Assembly: GCA_044892525.1 (NCBI GenBank)
Contig: CM097885.1
Coordinates: 19,966,001-20,030,000, forward strand
DNA from: Schmidtea polychroa
Taxonomy: Eukaryota
Reading direction: 5' to 3'
DNA: 64,000 nt
Position numbers and translations under genes: made by a program. Below are positions 53,875 to 64,000 of the stretch, piece after piece. The notes beneath the pieces were generated by a model. That model ran no database searches. It was not told where the DNA came from and worked only from the letters and a program-made list of their open reading frames with translations. Position 1 is the stretch's first letter; every line of letters begins with the position of its first letter.

Positions 53875-54599
53875 CTATAAAATAAAAATTTCAATAAAAA
53901 TTGACTTAAAAATTTAATAAAAAATATTATAATTTAAATGAAATTTTTAATAATTTTCCTAAATATTGTATGCAACCAATCAGATTTTAATATTCGATAT
54001 ATATGAAAAATTTAATTAACTAAATTTAAAAAATTGATTAATATAAATAGTATCCTATTAGAAGAAAATAGTACATCTGTTATAGGTATGGTATGTAAAC
54101 CTCCTATTCAGTTCCTTCAATATAATATGTACTATTTGAAATATTCTATTACTTATTCATTCAAGGTATTTTTTATTGATTGATTTAAATTATTAATTTT
54201 TGTAGGAACCAGTTAATTTAAAAACCTATCAATTCAATATTCAAATTGGAGATATTGGGGAAGAAGATAGGAAAAATCTTGGAGAAATTCTCAGATTAAT
54301 TAATAAAGAAATGTATTTTAATGAAAAATTTACATTTACCAACTGTGAAAAAGGTTGTAAAATAGATGAAGGTAAAAAGTCAAAGTTCGAATACTTATTC
54401 AGGGAGTCAAGATAAATGGAGCTATAATTAAACCAATTGGGAAAATTACAAATGTTGTTGAATAAATTTATGTATTTAAGTGCTCTTTTTATTGTTATTT
54501 AAATATTTTAAAGTTATCTTTAAAATTGTTATTTTCGCATACATTATTTAGTAAAATTATTAAATTTAAAATTCAATTTCAATTAAAAAAATTTTTTTT

Positions 54600-55050
54600 T
54601 GCGAGGGATTTCCCCTTATCATTACTAAATATCATCTAAAAATATGAGTGATTTCCTCTTATCATCAAAATAAATTTGCGAGAGATTTCCCCTTATCATT
54701 ACTAAATATCATTAAAAAATACGAGGGATTTCCTCTTATCATTACTAAATATCATCATGTAAAAATGTGATGGATTTCATCTTATCATTAATATATATAT
54801 CATTAAAAAAATATGAAATTTCTATTTATCATTACTAAATATCATTAAAAAAATACGAGGGATTTCCTCTTATCATTAATATATCATTAAAAAATACTAA
54901 AGAGATTTCATCTTATCATTACTAAATATCATCTAAAAATGTGATGAATTTCATTTTATCATTAATATATCATTAAAAGATATGAGAGATTTCTCTTATC
55001 ATTACTAAATATCATTAAAAAAAATACGAATGATTTCCTCTTATCATCAA
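54600..55050. repeat. ~40-bp minisatellite (GAGGGATTTCCTCTTATCATTACTAAATATCATTAAAAAATA)
   Basis: About 11 degenerate units. Confidence 0.85.
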
Positions 55051-55559
55051 AAAAACTGCTTAATATAAATTTATAAAAAATATATTGATAAAAATTGAAT
55101 AAAATTTAAATAAAAAATTATTAATTTAAAAAATACTTACAGTTGTTTTGATTTAATTTTTTCATAATGGGCATTTTTTTCGTTAATTTTTTGACATTAT
55201 TTTTGGGCATAAACATTTTCTTTATCTAAAGAAAATATTTTAATTAAAATAATAATTAAAAAAAAATCAAAAATCTTACAAGCTTTGGTATTAGTAAATT
55301 ATGACAAAATGAAAAAAACTAATCATTTATATACTATTGATCCTTCTTAATAATTACGTAATAATTAAAGGATTATGTTTCTTATTTAGATGATTGTTGT
55401 CATTAAAGATAGTTTCATGTGCTATTTTAATCCTTAAAGATAGAGGATTATCATCATTACATAATTCAATTAACAACAAATTATTTACTCTAATATTACA
55501 ATATTCTTTCATTAACATCATTTTAAATACAAAAAACAATACATTTTCATTATAAAAAT

Positions 55560-55938
55560 TTATTTCATAGACTTTAACCAAGCCAAACAATGTTGTCCAC
55601 ATGTTTTTGTCATTGGAATTTGGTAACGTATTCGATTGTATTCAATTGGCATGGACATTGATTGTAGTTTATTGATTATTATAGGCGGATATTAGAATCC
55701 CATTAGATCAAATGCATATATTTTGTCTGGTTTTACATGTATTGCAAGTCAATGTTCACCATTCAGATTAGCAGATTGAGTATTTACAATTATTGCTTTG
55801 TTGACATCTAAATAAGGTATTTTGTCTAATGGGAAAACACCTGAAAATTCTTTTCCTAGTAATTTTCTTCCAATAATTTGTATCTGAATAGAACTAAATT
55901 AATAAAAATTAAATTATTTAAATTATTGCTTACTTCAT
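55560..55938 (-). pseudogene. Polinton adenain-like cysteine protease, with a 40-nt intron (55933-55894)
   Basis: Spliced MNSIQIQ..FSGVFPLDKIP..IIVNTQ..GEH*LA..AFD..YQIPMTKTCGQHCL; contains stops and a frameshift. Confidence 0.82.
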
Positions 55939-55969
55939 ATTTGATTAATTGATTTTCTATATTTGGTTT

Positions 55970-56140
55970 ATATTATACCAAAACAGTACGAGTAGATGTA
56001 ATTTGAATTTCCTTTTCAAAAACTTACAGAAACAGCTTCAGTAAGTGAAGATAGAAATTTAATATTTAATCGTAAATTTCCACTTGGTGCTAACTGACTT
56101 TGATGAAGATCAAAATCCGGTGCCAATACAAATGCTTTTT
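55970..56140 (-). pseudogene. Polinton major capsid protein C-terminal fragment
   Basis: FVLAPD....SGNLRLNIKF..L.EAV pattern; position between minor capsid and protease. Confidence 0.6.
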
Positions 56141-56149
56141 CGGTAAACT

Positions 56150-56647
56150 CAACATCGTAATAATATTGTATAGTTAATCGAATTGTATCAAACTTTATTT
56201 TTCTATTATTTGGAGGAATAGTGATTTGATTCAAGTTTTCTTTAAAATTTATTTCTTTTTCTGAAAATCCTAATTTTTGTGCTTCTTTAATACTATCGAA
56301 TTCTACTTTAAAAGGAAATTATTTTCAATTAATGTTCAAAGTATTTCCATCAATATATATTAAATAAAATGGAGAGTCGTGACTGATTGTATATTCATTT
56401 TTTCTTGGTTAAAGTAAAAGTATTCATAACTTGTATGTAATACACTTTTACTGTATTTAACATTTGAATTATTGTAAAAATGAAAATAATTATACACAAA
56501 TGTAAAGTCCATGAGAGCTACTTACCATTCACCATCCAAGTAAATAGGATTTTGAAGTTCGACATTAAATTTGGTAGATTCATTATTTGGATGAGTCTGA
56601 GGACAACTATTTGAAGGCAAATTCACATAAAAATCTTTTTTAATCAT
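56150..56647 (-). pseudogene. Polinton minor capsid (penton)-like gene, N-terminal part
   Basis: FYVNLPSNSCPQTHPNNESTKFNVELQNPIYLDGEW*VALMDF. Confidence 0.65.
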
Positions 56648-57145
56648 TTATTTTACGAAAACGTAATGTCAAGTGCGTTTTTGTATCTTTACTAAATTTT
56701 ATTAATTTTCCATTATCATCACATATATTGATTTCAATGTTGTTTATAGAAGAATTAGAAATTGGTAGATACATTGGATTCTTCATTTCTAATTGCACAA
56801 TTTCCTCTTGTTCGTATTTCTTTATCCAAATAGATTTCAATAACGGAACTCTTACATATCCAATTGTTGATGATGATTAAAAAATTTTGGAATTTTTGAA
56901 CCAATAATTTCTTTCTCTGTAAATGTTTGTTTCTTTAATCCCAATGTTTTTGTTAAATTTTTATCAAAGGTTATTGATGAAATGTTATCAGCAAGACTTA
57001 TTTTAACCAATTCATTATTTTGTATTTTAAAATCTTTAAAGGGAATAACTTGGAGTTCTTGTTCATAGAATTTACTAGTGATTGGTTTGTTTTCATGATC
57101 AACTATCACATACATGACAGGATTCTGCTTTGTATCAATTTTCAA
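56640..57145 (-). pseudogene. Polinton minor capsid (penton)-like gene, C-terminal part
   Basis: NPMYLPISNSSINNIEINICDDNGKLIKF..THLTLRFRK. Confidence 0.65.
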
Positions 57146-58300
57146 AATTTGATATACTTCATCACTCCAATTATTATCAAAGGTTTTGATGAATGGTGAA
57201 GAATTGATTTTACTAATTCTTACATGATCACCAACCTTGTATTTCGGTTTATTGATTTTTTCTATGTTTGTTTTTTAGTAAAATCAACAGGTATTTGTCT
57301 TTTTAATCCTCTATGCGGCGAATGATTGTAAATGAAAATAATTTTTGGCAAAACATTTATCCAAGTTTTATTACCTTGATATACAAAATATTTTTTCAAT
57401 CTTTCTCTTTAAGTTCGATTAAATCGTTCTACATGAGCAGCATTGAACTGAGAAAATACGGAGTAGTGGTTTATTCCTTTGATAACCTCTTTAACTTTGC
57501 TGTTATAAAATTCTTTACCTAAATAAAATATTTAAAAATTAATTAATTAAATTTAATTACCTAAATCGGTTTGTAAATTAATAGGTTTGCCATCTGCAAA
57601 CATTTTTTTTATCGCATCAGCCATTTCATTTGCAGATTTAGTTTTTGTAGGAACAGCACGAGCATATCTATTAAAAACATCAATACAAGTCAGAATATAT
57701 GTGTACCCCTTGTTAATTTTTGAATAAGGTATCATTTCCATCAAATCCATTTGCCATACATCATTGTTTCCAATTGTTTTGTATGGTCTTGTTGGAAATC
57801 GTTTCAACATTGGTTTATTTAAACCAGGGGTGCCCACTAATGTTTCTAGGAGAGCTACATTCACATCCAAAATGTGTATGCGATCTACTTTTTTAATACT
57901 TACATAATATTTAACAAAATTAAATTAAACTAAATAACATTTTGGAAATGGTGAAATCAAAATTAAAAAATGTTATTTATTATTACCATAGAAATGGAAC
58001 ACAGAACATGAAAATTGGCAAAAAATTTAAGCATAAAACAGAAATTTTATATAAAATCTAAGTTTATATAAAAAATATTTTTTTATGAAGATCTACTAAA
58101 AAATCCTTCGCGATCTACCGGTAGATCGCGATCGACCTTATGGGCACCCCTGATTTAAACTATATGCTAATTGATTAGATAACCATTTCTGAGTTTCTTT
58201 CTTTGAATTATTCACTCGTTTTGTTAATTTTTATCTACACCACCAAAACCATTTGAATCTTTTGGGTTTGTCCATATTGTTTTGAACTTTTTTTCTTTTA
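57146..58300 (-). pseudogene. Polinton retroviral-type integrase, with a 42-nt intron and a hAT MITE insertion
   Basis: NPKDSNGFGG..WLSNQLAYSLNKP, WQMDLMEM, YILTCIDVF, LQTDL|GKEFYN, VERFNRT-like, YKVGDHVRIS. Confidence 0.88.
57825..58152. mobile_element. non-autonomous hAT element inserted in the Polinton integrase
   Basis: TIR CAGGGGTGCCCA / TGGGCACCCCTG; perfect 8-bp TSD ATTTAAAC (57817-57824, 58153-58160). Confidence 0.9.
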
Positions 58301-58439
58301 TTTTCTCGTTTCACCTTTTTCACTTTTTTCATTTTTATTTTGTGATACGTTTCCTTCATTATTACAACACGTTGTCAAAATATTAAAATCTACAATATTT
58401 TTATTTGGTAATGAACTCTTGATACCTATTAAGAACTGA

Positions 58440-58715
58440 ATGATGAGATTGCACTAATTGCAGATAAGACTATAGGAATTAATGCACCCAAGAACCCTCA
58501 TTTTTGTTTATATATTATAAAAGTGATCTTTTATGTCTTTGCAATACTAATCTTTTACCTTTAGTTATATTTACATTACCACGGACAACATTTATAATAA
58601 CTTCAAGCAAATCATCAATAACAAATGATGGAAAAGACTGTAAAATCGATATTCGTTTCGAATTTGGTGCCTTTATTAAAGCATTAAAATATGGCAAACT
58701 CCGTTCAAATTTCAT
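58440..58715 (-). pseudogene. small conserved Polinton protein (uncharacterized)
   Basis: ALIKAPNSKRISIL..IDDLLEVIINVVRGNV..L plus a downstream GFLGALIP-like segment; lies between ATPase and integrase. Confidence 0.55.
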
Positions 58716-58889
58716 TATTATTATTAATTAACGCGACGGATTGTTTATAATTTGATCCACTTCTTGATTTGTTTCTTATTTTTCGTACTTTTTGTTTTCT
58801 TTGTACGTTTTGTTTTCTTGTTAATTTTTTTCGAAACACTTGGAAGATTTTTAACAACTACTTTTTTAAATGACATGATTAATTAAATT

Positions 58890-59461
58890 AACTTTTCAGT
58901 TTTGTTTATAAATCGTAACACCGTTTATATAAAAAATATCAGTTCTAATACGCATATCATTTGGACATTGTTGTGTAAAATCAAAAAATAAATATCCATG
59001 AGGAATTTTTGTCGCATCTTGGAATGAATCTATCAAATATTTTCTATTATTTGAATAAGCTTGTGGACATTTAAATTACGAGTTCTATGACTTCCACCTT
59101 GATGAAAAAGATTTTGTGTTATGAAAATAACTGTAACTCCACAATGTCTACTGATTTTTGTAAATAAATTATTAAAATCCTTTTCTTTATTTGCTTCCTG
59201 GTACAAATCGTCGATAATAATAACATCACCTTGGCGTAATCTAGATGACCAATTTTTATCAAATCCTTTAATTATTGTCATTTTTAATTTACAGAAACCG
59301 CTTTGAGTCAATCCATACTCTTCATCTGCACCTCGATACCAATATGTTTTATTAAATTTTGATTTAAACATTTTTGATTGTAAAAAATTACATACAAAAA
59401 AGGTTTTTCCGCTTCCACTAGGTTCTACAATTTGATATACCGCGTCATTTCTTAAGTCCAT
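58890..59461 (-). pseudogene. Polinton A32/FtsK-like packaging ATPase, decayed
   Basis: Walker A-like EPSGSGKT, Walker B IIIDDL, FTKISRH..IFITQNLF, PHGYLFFDF..RIRTDIF. Confidence 0.88.
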
Positions 59462-59714
59462 TTTAATTTAAATATTTAATTTATTTTTTTATAATTAGAA
59501 TAATTAGAATGATTAGCAACATTAATTATAGAGGAAGATGTGTAGTAAATGGAATAAAGTTCCCATCAGGAAAACCTCAACATGTTGTGGACAGAAGTGG
59601 AAAATATCCAATTTTATTCTTCAAGAGCGGGAAATGTAGGAGAAATGTAGGAGAAATGTAGGCACTTGCCCCCTCCCCTGAATTTTCCAAACCATTCTAT
59701 TTTTCGATTAATTT

Positions 59715-60654
59715 TGTTGGGTTATTGAGTTGGTGTTAAATCTAAACTTTTACTCTGACTCCAATCGTATCTTTGACCGATCCACAAATAAAACTTGACA
59801 GCAGAAATCTTTATTGATAGTCAGTCACAAATAACTTTCACTTTTCACTGACAATCAATTCAACACTCTGCTTGGTGACTATACAATGCCTATTACAACA
59901 CTCAGTGAGGAATAGCACTTGTGTATAACACCGGATTAAAAGATCACAAATTACTGATTGGTTTATCAACTGGGACTTTGAGCTGGTTGTTTTCTTTGAC
60001 ATTCTTCACAATTTTATTCAAATACTCGAGTAACTTCTTTTCGTCGAATTTGTCAACTAATTCTTCTCCTCAAATTTTCTCCAATAATTATTCTTCAAAA
60101 TTATTTTCTTTACAATTATTTTTCCTAAATCGTTTCTCCAATAACCTTTCGTCGACGTTGTCTAATTTTGTTTCTAATTTTGTCCCTACTTCGATCCTAA
60201 TTTTGTTCTACTTTTGTTCTGATTTCTCAGTCAACTGTTCAGCTTTATATAGTCTGTTTTATTTGGGGCACTGGCGACAGATTCCCTTTACCATTTTCCT
60301 TTTCCTCTATGTCAGCCTTATCTCTGACAGAAATCAAGATATTTTCCTTTTTTGTTAAGCCGCCTTCTGACGACAATTTCGCTATCTTTGACAAGCTGTC
60401 AAGATACGGCTTTTCCCCCTATTTTGTTTTTCTGGAATTTGAAATTCCACCTTCATTTGTACTTCTTAATTAACAATGACCTTTGTTTTAATTTCTTGTT
60501 TGTTTTCTTTTATTTGATTTCTGTTTCTCATTTTTCATTTCTTTTTACTTCCGTTTTCTTTTTTGAGTTCCCATTGATCGTCCCGTTTGTAACGATCTTC
60601 CCCCAGGTAATTTATTTATTTATTATGTTATTTATTATTTAGTTATCCTCAACA
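59715..60654 (-). mobile_element. solo LTR (940 bp), family A
   Basis: TGTTG...CAACA; perfect 4-bp TSD ATTT (59711-59714, 60655-60658); homolog of 7669-8642. Confidence 0.8.
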
Positions 60655-62049
60655 ATTTAAACACATTTTAATAGATGCGCTCAAAAATGTTGGAAAAACC
60701 TGCTTCTTAATACAAAAATTTAATTTAAAGAGGCTTCCTGTTTTTTTAATGTTATTAATTATATCTGGATATCAATTATTTCAAATCATCTTATTTGTAT
60801 AAAAACTTTCAATATTAACTGACGTTCTGGTTTTAAAAAGTGTTCTATTTTGTAAATAAACGAAAAAAAGTTCTATTTTGTATAATGTCCCAAATATTTA
60901 TTTTTTTTCTATTCTCTTCACCCCTAGAAAAATTGTGTACTTGGTAAAAAATATTTTTAACCTCCCCCCCCTTTGAAAAATTCCTGCGGACGCCCATGAT
61001 TGTATAGAATAGTAACAATACAAGAATAAACATTTGAAGAATATAATCATTTATTGTTAGCTACACATAGTTACAAGTTATCCCAAGGGCAATTAATGTA
61101 ATTTTTTGACAAAAATTGAAAGTATATTTAAATGTTTATTAAAAGAATATTTGGCATGCAATTTTCAGTAAATTAAGGATAATTAACAATGTAAGTCAAA
61201 GAAAATGTTATAAGCTGACATTTGTGATGTATGAAATATTTCACTAAAAGATGAAATATCAATGCTGGAATAAGTAATGCTAATTTTCTATTTAAAAGAA
61301 AAAAATTACTTTTACAAATGAAAAATAATTGATTAAAATTAAAATAAATTTTTTCAACTTTAAATTGGGATCGGGTGAAATTTAGAACCATATAAAATTT
61401 ATTATGTTGTTTGATTTAAAATATAATTTTTACAATTTATTTTTTTAAATTTATTTAAATTTAAACACGGACTTGCTAAGAGTTTTACAAACATCCATAA
61501 TCCAAACCTCCATAAATCCACGAACTTGCCAAAAATAAATACAAAAATAAACTCATCCAATAGAGGCGGGATTATTAACATTTTGACCAAGGCTTTATCG
61601 GCTTATAATTGGATGATGATTTGACAATATTTTGCATATTATTTTCGACCGCTACAAATATCCGTTAATAAAATTATATTCCCTTTTATTAATGACAATT
61701 TCTAATTAAGAGGTTATTCATAAAGAATGCTCGCAGATAATATCCATTTTCGTAACTAATTCTTGAATTGCAAATACGCCTGATTGTTCATGAAATCTGG
61801 CAGTGTAATACTCGATTCTTCAAAAATCCATAAATCTATAAAATTATAAGAACTTTTTTTAAATTTCACCACTGAATTCTTTTCAAGTGATCCTGTATTT
61901 ATTAAAAAGCTTGACTATGAATAAGTAAAACTTTCGATGTTTTTTTGATATTCACTAATTTTCGGCACTGTGTTATGCACACCATCTGATGTAGCCACCC
62001 ACTTCTCCACTAGAGGGTTACATTGTATTTTCCATTGTTCCAGAGGGCT

Positions 62050-63140
62050 ACGCTATATTTTTTCAGATTTAAATTATAGTGAGGAGTTCTCTTTGGACCA
62101 TTAGAATTTCTGTATACAAAATCGGACTGTCTCTCAAAAAGTCAAAGTTTTTTAAGGGATTCAGATTTTTGAAGAATTTATGGTCAAATATTTACATGAA
62201 TCGATGACAAAGTTAAATTTTGGTAATAATTTCAAATTAAGTAAATTAAGGCAATATTTTAAAAATCAGTAATAGATTTTTAATAAAGTAATATTTTTAA
62301 ATTAAAGCAAATTAATGTAATACTTCAAAATAAGTAAATTAAAATAATAATTTAAAATTTATTGTCAGATATTTTCAAAAAACCAATGGCCCCTGCGAAT
62401 TTTTATGAAGGAAAGAAATTTAAATGCAAATTTTTATGAATTAATTTTCAAAATGATATTTTTAAAGCAAAGTTTTATGAAAAAATTTTTTTTGAATAAT
62501 AATAATAATAATAGTATTAATTCAACATACAGATACCAAGTACTTACAATTAGATACTAACAAACACATGAAAAATAACAATTAAAGACAAAATAAAGAT
62601 AAAAAGTTTATTCAATAAAAGTATTCATCATCATCTGATAGCAAGACGTTGTCTATGTCTAAAAGATCGTTTTCTCTGACATCCTTTTCCAAGTTTTCAT
62701 TAATATTATTTAACCTTATATTTCCATATGCACAACTATTACTTTTACCCACCGAAACCTTTTTATCATCCTTATTAGTTAACGGTATTTAAAAATTTTT
62801 GAAACTATTGTACCAATACGAAATTGTGGTATAGAAAAAATCGCATTTTTATTGAAACAATCCTTATAAGATTTAAGGTTCAGCTTAGTATCTTAAAAAA
62901 TCCCTTTAGCTTTTATATAATTTGATTTACCTAACAATTTATAAATCTTAAGAATACTCACTCATCATATCTTTCACCCATACTCTCATCTTTAAATTTG
63001 CCTGTAACAAAATCAAGTTTTTTAGAATAAAGAGGGTGATCAGTAGGATAATTAGAAGTGTCCAAAAGTTCATCTTTAACCATTTCTGACAAAAGTTTTC
63101 TAATTTCTAATTAGATATTTCTAAAAAGATAGTCTGATAT
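62050..63140 (-). mobile_element. old Polinton remnant: subterminal sequence plus pPolB C-terminus
   Basis: TATAGTGAGGAG TIR-like motif, AAT run, then LLDTSNYPTDHPLYSKKLDFVTGKFKDE and LTNKDDK..VGKSNSCAYG at ~62620-63100. Confidence 0.75.
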
Positions 63141-63248
63141 ACCATGAACTTCATATCTTCTACTAAACATCTCTATAATAAATGATTCTTATCATTTTTT
63201 GATATTATTCTAATTAAAAACAAAAAGTAATAAAATAATTAATTTAAA

Positions 63249-63860
63249 ATGGAATTAAGATATGATGCACTATATCAAATTTTAGAACCCAATGAAAGTG
63301 GAAAAACGTTATTCATTACGTTATTTTTTACGACCAAACATGTTTAAATCAAATTCAATAAAATTTATTGGCATATAGGTGCAGATGAATAGCACGATTA
63401 AACTCAAAGCAGTTTCTGTAAATTATAAATGACAATAATTAAATGATTTTATAAAAATTGGTCATCTAGATTACGTCAAGGTGATGTTATTATTATTGAT
63501 GATTTATATCAGGAAGCAAATAAAGAAAAATATTTTAATAATTTATTTACAAGAATTAGTAGACATTGTGCAGTTAGTTATTTTCATAACGAATCCTTTT
63601 CATCAAGCAAAACTCATAAAACTCCTAATTTAAATGTACAATATTTGATTATTTTCAAAAATCCTCGAGATTGAACAATTATTGATTTTCTTGTAAGACA
63701 AGCTTATCCTAATAATAGAAATTTTTTAATAGAATCATTCCAAGATGCAACAAAGTTTGATATGGATATTTATTCTTCCACTTTACACAACAATGTCCTG
63801 ATGATATGCCTATTAGAACAGATATTTTTAATGCAAATGATGTTAATGCTTAATTAAAAT
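63249..63860 (+). pseudogene. Polinton packaging ATPase, second copy, decayed
   Basis: MELRYDALYQILEPNESGKT, GDVIIIDDLYQEANKEK, IFKNPRD; inverted homolog of 58890-59461. Confidence 0.85.
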
Positions 63861-64000
63861 CAGCAAATGGTAAAGTCATTTAAAAAAGTAATTGTTAAAA
63901 ACTATCGTTCCAATTGTTTCCAAAAAAGTTATTAAGAAAACAAAACGCAGTATGATAAGTAAGAAACCAACTAAGAAATGGATGAAATTATCAACATTCT

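Noticed and set aside
59921..60642. Hydrophobic S/F/L-rich ORFs (also 7878-8123, 13268-13510)
   Set aside because: Arise from purine/pyrimidine skew of family A LTRs; not conserved between copies

Overview
Very AT-rich eukaryotic genomic DNA. The channel genes and the ~40-55 nt AT-rich introns suggest a flatworm/planarian-like lophotrochozoan (inference). Only two host genes are evident: paralogous single-exon Cys-loop chloride-channel subunits (GluCl-like) at 2720-4036 and 46405-47751, both on the minus strand. The rest is nested mobile DNA. It includes (1) a 12,965-bp Polinton/Maverick derivative (22176-35140, 6-bp TSD TTTCGA) that is a giant palindrome with a dead pPolB gene in each ~4.7-kb arm; (2) a decayed but gene-rich Polinton (49012-~59470: pPolB, cysteine protease, capsid fragments, integrase, ATPase); (3) a further Polinton remnant at the right edge; (4) a young but inactivated Ty3/gypsy element, an internally deleted LTR element and solo LTRs; (5) Merlin/ISXO2, hAT and pogo remnants and several MITEs with TSDs. 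The most notable observation is that the Polinton genes (integrase, protease, pPolB) appear to carry short GT-AG spliceosomal introns, and pPolB appears to receive its N-terminus from upstream exons. All calls come from reading the sequence; no database searches were run.
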